In this document: positions 1 to 12,411 of the stretch, piece after piece
Layout: every line of letters begins with the position of its first letter
How positions within the stretch are numbered: the stretch's first letter is position 1
Source: Piromyces finnis finn
Lineage: Eukaryota > Fungi > Neocallimastigomycota
Assembly (NCBI GenBank): GCA_002104945.1
Contig: MCFH01000047.1
Location: forward strand, 62,001 to 126,000
DNA: 64,000 nt
Reading direction: 5' to 3'
The notes under the pieces: generated by a model
Told to the model about the DNA's origin: nothing
What the model saw: only the letters and a program-made list of their open reading frames with translations
The model's database searches: none
Made by a program: the position numbers and the translations under genes

Positions 1-317
1 TGACAATTTTTATATTGACTTTATCATTAATAAAATAAACATAATATTCTTTAAAGGATACTTAGTTTATACAGTTTTAAATCATATTACCTTTAAACGA
101 TTTTTAATTAAAAAAAAACTATTTTTCTTTCATCTATTTTATATATTATTTATCGGTTTTTTTTTTACTTGATAATTAATATATAATTAACGAAGGAGTG
201 AAACTTCTTTAATTATATTAAATATTTAATTGTGTCATATATTAAATAAAATATTGTGTTATATTAATATTTTATAATTAATATTAAAAATTTTTTTTAT
301 GACTTATAAGAATGGTT

Positions 318-794
318 TCTGGTTCGACCCCGCAGATGTCAGTGCCTGTGGATTTTCCCACTGGGTTTGCCATGGGTTGGGTTATGATATTCAGGTAAGT
401 ATAAATGAACTTTCTAATTTACTACTATGATAATAACACTCGTCTAGCCGGCCTGAGAGGGTCTAGTGTACATGGTACATTCCAAATTAGAACTTAATAA
501 GTGGTGACTTAGGCTATGCCAAAAACACATAATATTCCTTAATCAATTTAAGTGTAAACATTAGGGGGCGGTTGACACGTGATCAAATTGACTATAAGAG
601 GCTTAGCATTGTAGTTGTGAAATATCGTACAACGACATGCATCTAATGTACATGGATTAAGTGAGCGTCGAAGCTGAAGAAACAGTATGACAGACCAGGA
701 GGGTCACAACCACCTAGCAATAGGAATGAGCCAACGTTTCTCTAAGAACCACCATTGGAGCTAACTCTGATCGATGGGAGAAATGCACTCGGAA

Positions 795-874
<80 letters not shown>
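318..874 (+). mobile_element. SINE-like non-autonomous non-LTR retroelement insertion (GC-richer body plus 77-nt poly(A), flanked by 14-bp TSD)
   Basis: Direct repeat TTATAAGAATGGTT at 304-317 and 875-888. Pure A tract 798-874. B-box-like GGTTCGACCCC at 321-331. Body is clearly more GC-rich than the flanks and has no long ORF. Confidence 0.85.
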
Positions 875-876
<2 letters not shown>

Positions 877-1574
877 ATAAGAATGGTTATAATATATTTA
901 CAAATTATATTTTAAACTTAGTATTTTGGACATTTCTATATATAAGCCATATAATTATAATAAATATATAAATGCAAAGAAGAAAAAAAAAACATATACA
1001 TAATTGATAATATTATTCATATCATCAGCATTAATGATCTAAATCAGAATTAAAGTTTTACCATATAGTGTTTGCTGATGATAATTAGAAATTATAATTT
1101 ATTATTAATATTAAATTTAAAATCTTCTTAATGTGTAACTTTTTAATCAAAATTAATTGTACTACCAATAATTATTTTTATTATCAATTATATAACCTTT
1201 TTATTATTTAATAAAAGAAATAGATAAATACTTTATAAAGATGATTACTATAATTATTATTATATTTTAATATTAACAGTTAAAAGTTATTATATGTAAT
1301 TTTTAATTTATTATATAATTTTACATCAGAAATTTAATGACATTTTTATCGATTATTCAATTTTTCATTATGGATAAATTTTTTAAATTTTATTAATAAA
1401 AAATTTATTTTAAAAATAGTATTCAAAAAATTGAAATTATATATAATATATATATATATATATTTTTCCCCTTAAACATATCCTTATAATTCTAAATAAA
1501 TTATACTTCTCAAATAAATTTGAACACTATGATACTACAAAATAAATGAATGAATATATATATTAAATAAAAAA

Positions 1575-2602
1575 ATGAATGATGAAGAAAAAAACAAAGA
1601 TACTTTTCATAGTAACATTGTAATTGATACAACTACAATTTCAGATGTTGCTACCACAAGAAAGAAATATAGAACAGGAAATAATCCTACTTCTGTCAAA
1701 GGTATTTTCATCTTTCATATCAAAATAAAATGATAGATAAATATATATTAATTAAGTGCTTATTATATCAAATATCTATACCATTATTAAAATTGTAATA
1801 TAACTTAGTTTATACAATAGCACAGGAATCAAGGTATTCACATATTCATTAATAAAACAAAAATTATTTAAAAAATAAATAAATAAATAAAAAATAGATT
1901 CTTATGTAGTTATATTTTAATAGATATTTAATAGTATCGAATGTACCGGTATTGGGAATTACAAAAGAATTGATAGAATTATTTGCTTTATATGGACCAA
2001 TTGAAGAGTATATTTCAAAAATTTTTTCTATGTCAAAATTAACAATTTTAATAAAAAAAAATTAAAAAAATAAATAAATAAAAGTAAAAATAAAAAATTA
2101 AAACAAACGATAATATTTTTTTCTTTTTCTTCTTTTTTATTTTCCTTTGAAATATCAATTCTTCATTAAAAACATTCAAAATAGATATAGATTTTTAGAT
2201 GAACATGACAATTCCAATAGTTACTTTGATACATATTGGATAAAATTTAAAAATATTTCACAGGCAAGGTAGTAAATACATAAGCAATTCTAATGTTAAG
2301 ATTCTTTTTAGAAATTTATTTAATATAAATATATTTGATTAAATTAAAAAAAAAAAAATAGATTTGCTAAAAGAAAATTAAACAAATATGTTTTTTATGG
2401 AAGTACTTTAAAAGTTGAATATTCACCTGAATCTGAAAATGAAGAAGATATAAAAATAAAAATGCAAGATAGAATACAAAGTGTATTAAAACGTTTAGAT
2501 ACTTTGGTATAGATTATATATATTAAATAGAATGTTTATATGCCAATATTATTTTTATTAATGATATTAAAATATAAATCATAATATATAAATTTTTTAT
2601 TA

Positions 2603-2633
<31 letters not shown>

Positions 2634-2884
2634 AAAGCAGGCAACCTCAAAAAGAAAAAGAAATTAGTATCAATAAAAGAAAACCTAATTTAAGAAATTT
2701 TTACAACCAGCCATTGCCCATAAAATCTAATAAGAATGAAATACTATCCAAACCATCATATAATTCAAATAACTTCATTAGTGGAAATAATAATAAGAAA
2801 AGAATTCACCTTTTATCAAATGCACACAATAATAATAATGCATTTAATTCTTCTAATAATAAAAAGCAAAGACGAAGAATATAA
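1575..2884 (+). CDS. RBM48: RNA-binding protein 48 (RRM; minor spliceosome factor), 6 exons
   Basis: Exons 1575-1701, 1809-1833, 1924-2007, 2185-2268, 2362-2506 and 2627-2884 join in frame via GT-AG introns. Peptides VYTIAQESRYLIVSNVPVLGITKELIELFALYGPIEEY and AKRKLNKYVFYGSTLKVEYSPE, plus the C-terminal RRRI, match recalled RBM48 motifs. Confidence 0.88.
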
Positions 2885-3314
2885 AGTAATATTCATTAGT
2901 GATGATAATTTAATTATTAGTAATACAATATACAATATTATACAGTATAAAGCATTATAAATTATAAATATAATTTTAATATTATATGTTAAAAATAAAT
3001 AAATATATAATAATATACCCCAAATTAAATGATGAATTAATTATTTATTATGACATATTGTACTAATTATTTCTAATTTTTATTTAATGTTATATCTAAT
3101 ATCGTTTAAATAATAAAAAAAAAATAATTATGTGTTAATAGAATATTAATAATCAATAATATGTTTTGGTATAATTCTATTAAAGTCTATTATTATGAAA
3201 AATGAAATAAAATAAAAACATAATTTATAATGAAAATGTTTTTAAGAATAGGAAAAATATATATATTCAAAAACTGTTATATTTTAAAAAGTATTAGTTA
3301 AATTTAAATATAAA

Positions 3315-5284
3315 TTATAAATAAATTCTTCTTAAATCGCCCGGAGATGTGATGATTTGACATTGAGGACATAAACGCTTTGCTCCCAAAGTCTGTAACC
3401 AACATTTTTCACAAAAAACATGCCAACAATTAATAGAAGTAACAGGATTAACAAATGGTTCTAGACATATTAAACATTTACTTGATTCTGTATGTTGTTT
3501 TTCCTTTTATTTTATTATTTTTTTTTCATTAAGTATATAAATATATATATTAAATAATTAAATCATTATGGATGATAATTGGTAATAAAATTATTTAGTT
3601 TAATATGAATACAAAAAGAAAAATATATTTATATAAATACCATTTCTTTAATTTTAGCTCTTAACGCATCAATAATTAAATTTTTGTCATTTTTTTTCTC
3701 TTCAATTTCATCCTGTTTTTTAATAGTTTCTTGTTTGTTATTATTCTGTTCCTTATTCTCTTTCTGGCTATTTTTAATTAAATTTTTTGGTATTGGTATT
3801 CTAATTATTGAACTATAAATATTTAAAAGTAAAACTTAGCCATTAATATTTTTCCAAACTATATTATAATTAATGCATTATAATATTATACCTTTTCTTT
3901 TTTGGAGGAGTATTTTGATTTCTCTCAATGTTTTTCTCTTTTTCATTTTCATTTTCTTGTTTTACCTTTAAAATACTATGTTCTCCATATGTATAATGCA
4001 TAAAAATATATATTAAGATAAAAGAATGAAAATTAAAGATAACGAAAAAAAGTTTTATATTTCCTCACAACATATAGAAAGTAAAAAGGAGATATGTAAC
4101 ATAATAATCATCATATTCAAAAAAAAAAAAAAAAGGATATTGTTTCTGTCCATATATTTCGGTTTCATCATCCTCTATATTTAATTCAACATCAGTATCA
4201 TCATCTACTCTTGAATGATTAACTGGATTAGAAGCAATATCTAATTTCATAAATTTATATTAATAAGTTTTTGCTTTTTATTATAAATATTAGTTTATAA
4301 TTATACCTGATATACTCCCCTCATGTAATGAGGTTGCTCGTATTCTTGTTTGCCCTGCCCAAGTATATTCATCAAAACTTCCTGATTTCTGTAGATAATA
4401 TTATAAAAATGGTGAATGAGGTGAATCATACATATCTTTTTAAAAAAAAAAAAAATACAAAAAATACATTTAATAACACTGAAGGCTCTTCAACCATCAC
4501 ATTCTGTTGCTGTAAACATTGGTCTATATGTAAATTAATTTGTTCTAAGGAACCAATAAGTACAGCTCCACACATAAAACAAGTGGATGGGTTTATACTG
4601 TTATTATATTCATCTTTCGAATTTTTTAAAAAAGTTTGGTTAAATTTTAAAATTTGGTAAATTATAAAAAAAAAATAATATTTTTTTTTTACTTATTAAA
4701 TTATCTATTTCGTTTTTTTTATTTTTTCTTTTAGTTTTCTCTAATGATGACAAAATTATTATTAATAAAGCAATTAATATTTTTATGAAATTTTAAATTA
4801 AAAAAGAAAAATAAATATACATGTTATTATAATTATTTATTGACCTCTTAATATATTTGTTCTTGATATTCTATTGCTCTTTACTCGAGATAATAGCTTT
4901 ATAATTATTTATAATTGTTTAATTTAATAATGAAAAATAAATTATTAATGTAAAACAAAATAAAATTTTATTGAAATATTATATATAATATTATCAATAT
5001 TAAATATATTTATATATATATCGGTATAATGTTATTATACATACTCTTTCATTATCGTCTTCTAGAAAATCTTTCTTGGAAGAAAATTTTTTCATAGCAA
5101 CCATAGCTGCTCTCCTATTCATCTTTCGATTTTCGACTATCCAATCTGATTTACTTTCAATTTTATTGGAATTAGCATTATTCCAGTGGTGAGTAAAATG
5201 TAATTTTATTGTAGATTTGGATATATGGTCACCACATATAGGACAGTTTAATAAACTCGAATTTGATTCACTTTTTCTTGTCAT
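3315..5284 (-). CDS. RNF220: RNF220-like RING-finger E3 ubiquitin ligase, multi-exon, contains one AT-AC intron
   Basis: C-terminal RING CLICLEPFVNPVTSINCWHVFCEKCWLQTLGAKRLCPQCQIITSPGDLRRIYL*. Internal EYTWAGQTRIRATSL and DVELNIEDDETEIYGQKQY, plus two N-terminal CxxC..H zinc motifs, match recalled RNF220 motifs. Confidence 0.88.
3991..4140 (-). other. U12-type (minor spliceosome) AT-AC intron, 150 nt
   Basis: Minus strand: 5' end ATATCCTTT, branch-like TATCTTAAT (4012-4020), 3' end TATAC. Removal restores the frame GQKQ|YGEHSIL through to the RING exon. Confidence 0.85.
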
Positions 5285-5312
5285 TATAGTAATAATGAAA
5301 TAATAAATGTTT

Positions 5313-5351
<39 letters not shown>

Positions 5352-8300
5352 TTTTGAATGAATAATTTAGATTTTATAACTTTTTAATCTCAAAAGTAAT
5401 GTTTGGAATTTAAAAGGTTAAATCAATTTATGTATTTATATTATTAATATTTTAATAATATTTATTAAATAATAATTTATTTTCTCTATTAAATGATTAT
5501 AAATTCATCAAATAATGTTTAATGATTCTATCTATAAATTTAAATTCAATGTTTAAACATTTAAACATTATATTTTCTGTCCATTTAAAAAATGAAATTC
5601 TTTTTTTTTTTTTTTTTTTAAACAACTCAAAAAACTATATAATAATTATGTTTATATTTATCTTTTTAATTTTTTATTCATATATATATATACATATTTA
5701 TTTTTTTTTTTAACACGTTTTTTTCACTGTCCTTTATTAGTACCTAAAATTTTTAATTTATACAATAAATAATTTTTTTCATTATTTTATTAGTAAGAGC
5801 AAATAAACTTTAAATTTTAATTATTTTTGATTTTTAATTAATATCTAATTAATTATAAAAAATGCAAAACACAAATAGCATTATTGACAAAATATTCTGT
5901 AATGTTTTTATATTAGATAATAGTAGAATAATATAATAAAAAAATATAAAATATCTTTTAATCTTTAAAATTAAATAGCAATAATTATACAATTAAAAAT
6001 AATTAACTCAAATAAATAAGAACTCGTTTTAAAAGTTTTCATTATTATTGTACATGTTAATATTCTATATATATTAACATAATTTTTATTACTTTATCAA
6101 TGCAATATCGTTAACATTAGTATGGAAGGTTTAATTACTATATATATTAAAATTAATAATATTTTATATATATTCCAAATAATTATATTGCATTTATAAT
6201 TAAAAATATATTATATGCATTACTATTTTGCATAAAAGAAATTATATGATAAATATATATTCAATTTATAAAAATTATATATAATTTATGATCTAGTTTT
6301 TTTCATTATTTATTATATGCTATTTATTCTTATATTGGTTTAAATTACAATAATGGATACCGAAATAATTATTAAGAAAAATAAAAAAAAAAATTTAGAT
6401 AAATTCGGTATATATTATTCAATTTTTATTTAGTAATCTTTTATTTGATAAAAACTTAAGTTTGATATATTGTTTATTACTTATATAATATGGTATTTGT
6501 TATGAAAGAGTATTAATTATTAATAGAACATATAATGTTTTTATTTATCTACTTGTTTTATTAATACTAAATATATATTAGTAATAATTATAATATGTCA
6601 TTTAATTCTTCTAGTATGTAGTGTCATTACTTTTTTTTTCTTTTTATAACTAATAAATAATGTAATTTATAGATCATTAAAATATTTTTATATAAAACAT
6701 TATCATTAAAACACTAATTAATTGTATAACTGATATAATTGCTCATTATTATAGATACTATTTATTATACATTTTGTTTTATATAATGTTTATTGTAATA
6801 TACTTTATTAAATAAAAATTTACTTATCTTAAAAAAAAAAGGATAAATTAAATTTAAGCCAATAAAAAATTATGATTGATACTACAACCAAAATAAAATT
6901 TTATCAAACAATTTATTAATCATTCATTAAATTTCTGTATAAATTTAAATAAATATAATTATTAATTTTAACGATTATAATTGTAATTAAATACTTTTAT
7001 ATACTATATTCTGCTCTACTTCTTTTTTCTCTTAATACAAAAAACAGGCTTAATATATTTATATATAATCATACTATATATCTCATTCTTTTATTTAATT
7101 ATGAAATAAAAACTATTTTTTATTTTATTTTTATGATCAAAATAACAACTCTCAAAAAGTTGGTTTTTTCAAATTTGTTAATAAACTTACTTGGTATTTA
7201 AATTTAACCGAAAATTGTCATGTGGACTTTTTCAAATCATTTATGATCTACTTGATGGAATAATATTATATCATATATTCAATATATATACCAATGATTT
7301 AATATATTATAATAATAAATACAAAGTTTAATTAATTTAAATTTTTTAAAATTTTACATTTAATAAAATAAAGAACAAACAAACAGTTTGCCATATATGG
7401 AAATTATGGATGTTTTTTTAAATTAAAAATATAAAGGAAAAATAATATAGAATTACAGGAAATAAAAAATTTTCTATATACCAAAATGTAGAAAAATGCA
7501 TTTTTTGTAATGTATTAAAAAACCAATTTTAAATATAACTTTCATTCACTATAACAGCTTTATACATATTATATAATAAATATTATATACATAATTTTTA
7601 TAATATTATGAAATATGAATATATACTGATGTTTTATTTACAATATTTAAAATAAACTTTATTAGTTATATTTCACATTAAATTTTCAAAGTTTAAATTA
7701 ATAAAAATAACTATATTTAATTTAATTATTATATATAAATTAGATTATATATTATGCATTTTTTATAATCAATAAGTATCACATTTTTAATATAAATGAG
7801 CTAAAAAAAAAAAAAAAAAAAAAAAGAAAGAAAATATATTGTTGTTATTGTTGTTACAATAAACATTGAGAAAAAAAAAACTATTAATTTGAATATATAT
7901 AACATAGATATTATTAAAATAATAAATATTATATGTAATATAATAATAATGATTATTATATGTGTAGCACTGTAATGGCATAATTAAATTAGAAGGTATA
8001 ATTATATATTGAAATTTATTTTGAATGTTAAAATGATACATATAGATATATGACCTTTTAGATGTTCATTGTTAAAATTAATAATTAACTTTTAAGAATT
8101 GTCATAGGTTTCTATTTTTAAATATTAAAATTTAAAATATGAGTCACTTTAATGATATTTTTCTTTACTATATAATATATTATTATTATAAAAAATATTT
8201 ATGATATATGAAATTAATATCACTTTTTATAACATTTTAAAATCGTTTCTAAATATAATACAAGTATCATTTTCGGAATTTATTATTAAATATTACGTAT

Positions 8301-11300
8301 TTTTATAAAATTTAAAATTTGCATTTCATATTTATTTATTTATTATGGTATAAAAATCTTATTAAATTTTAAATATAGTTATATAGTTATTTAAGAAATA
8401 AATATACCGATTAAAAAATTTAATTTTATAAAACATAAAAAAATTATAATAACCGTTCAATAACTTTGTGAGGGGGACGTTGATTAATATATGTTATTTT
8501 TATCTTTTAAATATTAAATAAGGTTTATTATTTAATTAATTTAATATATAATTGTTTTACCTTTCAACACTAAATTTGTAATAATATTTTTTATTTAAAA
8601 TTAAAAATGATTTACAATATAAAGATAAAAAGTATTATTTTTTTATTTATAGTTCAATAGAAGAAAATTGAAATGCTCGCTCAGAGTAAAAAAAAAAAAA
8701 AAAAGGAATATTGAACTATTATAATCTATTATAATATCTTTGTAATTATAAAAATTATATAAAATTAATATATTAAAAAAAAAAATAAATAGTTAAATTA
8801 TAATAAAAATAAATTTTGCTTAATTAAAATATATTTTTTTTTCTTTGTAGATTATTCTTTACATTTCTTTTATAACAAATAAAAATTTTAAAAAAAAAAT
8901 AATACTGAACCATTGAATTAATATATAAAAAAAGAAAACTCTAAAAAAAAGGTTATATAATATATTTTAAATAATAATAATTAATTAATTAAAAAAGTAT
9001 ATATTTTTTTGCAATTTAAAATAAAACAATTTTTGGTTATTTTTTTACTAATGATGAATGATGAATGATAGATGTTACTGCTTTTTATTCTATATTTTTC
9101 GATAAAAAAATGAAGAGAAAAAAGCAATTTAAAAATATTAGTATTAAATATAATATTTTTTAATTTATCATTTTAAACAAATTAATAAAGTTAAAATATA
9201 TTTTCCAATAATTAATATATAGATATATAAAAATTATGTAATAAACTTTTTACAATTTATATAATAAAAGAACTTTTTAGATTTTCAAGCTTTTTATTAT
9301 ATATAGGATTTAAAACAAAAATTAGAATTGAAATATAATATTTATAATCATGTGAATCAAAAAATAAGAATAGTATTAAGGAAATTTTAAAAAATAAAAA
9401 AAAGAAAATATTAAAGCAATTCTATTCAATTTTCATCATACTTAAATTTGTTTATTATTAAATTTTCACCAAACCAAATTTAAGAAGAAAAATAAAACTT
9501 AATAAAATTTAAAAGTTTATACATTAAGAAAAAGGATTATATATAAATAAATTTATCTTTTACAATAAAGGTAATTTTATTTGTATTATAACTGTTAATA
9601 TATTTTCAATATTAAACATCTTTTTTTATAGGTTATCATTAAATATAGTATATTTCACATTTTTTATTATTGTATGTCAAATTAAACTAATTCTTTTTAA
9701 TGTTTAATATCACGTTTAAAAAAAGAAAGAAAGAAAGAAATCTCTTATTATTAAAAATTGTGTAATTTAATTTAATGCGGTGAGTAGTATAAACAAACTT
9801 TAATTATTAATATATTTTTAAAGATTTTCTTGGTTCAAAAGAACAATAATAAAAGTAATAGTATTAATATACACTATATATATTAATTAATAATATTTAT
9901 TTTATTGCTTATATATGACCATTATATATTTATATATTAATATTTTTAAAATATTTACATCACATTCCTTTTTTTTTAAATAAGACATTGATATTTACTT
10001 ACATTTTATGTTATAAAATAAAAATAAAATAATAGCATTATTATGTAATTAATATAATATTAGCATGTATTAGCATGATAAATACCATATTATATCAAAA
10101 AAAAAAAAATTAAGTAATTACTTGGCTTTAATTAAAGAACTACTTTATTTATTATTATTTTTTTTACTGCCAACTTTAGGATAAAATTTAATTAAAATTC
10201 TTATATTAATATTAAAATACAACAAGTTCAACAAGTTCGTAATAAAAGGTAAATTTAGACTAAAAGTAAACTTTTTTTTAAAAGTTAAATAAAATGAATT
10301 AAATAGTTACTATCACAATAGTTTTCATATAAAATTCAAATTTATTTTAAATAAAAAGTTACAAGTTATACACTAATCAAAAAAGTCAAATCTTTAACCA
10401 AATAAAAAAGTATTATTATTTTATTATAATTATTTTCTTTAATTACATATTTAAAGTATTTCTATAATTTCTATTTTTTATATTCAAGTTTAAAGATAGT
10501 TGTTGGATAATATATGGCTTTTTTTTGAGATTTAGTAATATTGTTTTACAGAAAATAAAATATATTAACTAAATACTATATATTATATTTAGTTATCAAT
10601 AAGTAATTAAGATTAATATATCGTTAAAAAATCATATTATAATAAAATATTTAATATATTATTATTTATTAGTCTTTATATTCTATAATATTCTATAATA
10701 TATATTATATATTAATGACGATTACTTTAATATTATTCATATATTAATAATATATGTGATAATATTTGTAATATATTATTAGTAGATATACTAATTTAAT
10801 ATAATAAAATTTTTTTAAATTTAAAGTTTTATATATATTCATTTATTATAATATAAAATTATAATATATTATATAAATATATTAATATAATATTATAATT
10901 ATTTAAATAATTATAATTTTTATTTATTAACTATTCTTTATTTTCATAATTCCAATTTAATCTTTTTAAATATAAATAATTAATTAATATAATGTGATAA
11001 ATATATTAAAATATAATTTGATAATATATTAAACAAAAGTCTACTTATTATTTTACAAAAAAAAAATTTTTTCAAAAAAATATAAAAGGACATAATTTTC
11101 ATCTCAAATATTCAGAGCAATATAAATTTAAAACCAAAATTATAATATATGAATATATAAAGTCAAGAATAAATTAATCATTAATTTTAAAACAATAACG
11201 AAAAATTAATTTTCGTTAAAATAGTGATAGTTTGAGATAAATTAGCCCAATAAGTTTAAACAATAGAACAAGTTCATAAATATCATACATTTTTTTTTTA

Positions 11301-11694
11301 ATTACAATTTATTGTAATAAAAATTTTTTTCATATTAGCGTTTTTTTTTAAATAAAATATTAATTTATCAAGAAAAAATAAAATATATTATTTTTAAACG
11401 AAGAAAAAGTAGTTCATTATATTTTTATTTTTTGTCTTTAGAACCTGAATGCACAAATTATATAAAATAAATAGTACCATAACTACAAGTTATCAAAGAA
11501 GATTTGAAATAACTGTTAGAGAGATTCCACCTTAAAATTAAACTTATAAAGCTTTTATTATATTATTTAATAAATTTAATTAATATTCAAAAGCCATAAA
11601 GTTTTATTCATACTTATTAAAAACAAAACCATCATCCTACAAAGAATAATCTTTTTAAAATTATTTTAAAAATAATTAAAAAAAACAATTCAAA

Positions 11695-12411
11695 ATGATG
11701 CCAGCACCGTGTTTTAATACCGACACTGCATTCGGTGATTCCTTAGTATATAATTCTACAAATACATTAAAAAGGAAAAAATATAACAAAAGAGATTCTT
11801 ATGCTAGTTTTAATTCCTACAGTTCATATAATACTTATGTAAATTCAATATCAAGTTATTCATATAGTGATAGTAAACCATCATCTATCTATGATAGATA
11901 TGATAAATATAAATGTGAAAAGAAAGAAATGAAAAATATCCTTAAAGGGTGTGAAAGTACAAAGAATACAATTTATAACAGTAAATTTTTAAATGTATTT
12001 GATTCTGAGGCTACAATTACATCTATTTCATCCATTCAATCGAATTTAACTGTTGACTCTATGGTTTCTACAGCAACTAGTGAATCGCGGAAGAGAGTTT
12101 CATTTTCAGATGAAATTTTTTATATACCACCTCCAGTTATTATAAAAGAATCAAAGAAAAATAGGTTAGAAAGGAAAATGGAAAAGCGACTGGAGAAGAA
12201 ACTTGAAAAAGAAAGCAATAAAGAAAATGAAAAGAACAAAGAAAACGAAAAAGAATCTATTAGAGATAAACTAAAATTTAAAATTAAAGAAAAAGATAGT
12301 AAGAAAGAAACTAATGAAGAAAAAAGGTTGAATGATAATAATGAAGTAACTGAAAAGAAAAAGAAATCTATTAAGCGTTTATTCAAAATATTTAATGTTA
12401 AGAAAAAATAA
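11695..12411 (+). CDS. Hypothetical intronless protein, Ser-rich N-half, Lys/Glu-rich C-half, RVxF-like motif RKRVSF
   Basis: 238-aa ORF with coding-like composition and a good ATG context (caaaATG) in otherwise non-coding AT-rich DNA. No family recognised. Confidence 0.75.
   Translation: MMPAPCFNTDTAFGDSLVYNSTNTLKRKKYNKRDSYASFNSYSSYNTYVNSISSYSYSDSKPSSIYDRYDKYKCEKKEMKNILKGCESTKNTIYNSKFLNVFDSEATITSISSIQSNLTVDSMVSTATSESRKRVSFSDEIFYIPPPVIIKESKKNRLERKMEKRLEKKLEKESNKENEKNKENEKESIRDKLKFKIKEKDSKKETNEEKRLNDNNEVTEKKKKSIKRLFKIFNVKKK

Noticed and set aside
445-462. TAGCCGGCCTGAGAGGGT resembles a conserved bacterial 16S rRNA segment
   Set aside because: Only 18 nt. The flanks do not continue as 16S and the segment sits inside the TSD-bounded element, so it is not called as rRNA.
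673-700. CTGAAGA...GAAA as a possible hammerhead ribozyme core
   Set aside because: No stem II separates CUGANGA from GAAA, and stems I and III could not be built.
774-971. Track ORF with poly-Lys
   Set aside because: It is a translation of the element's poly(A) tail.
4065-4140. ORF-track read-through YPFFFFFEYDDYY...
   Set aside because: This is intron sequence of the AT-AC intron, not coding.
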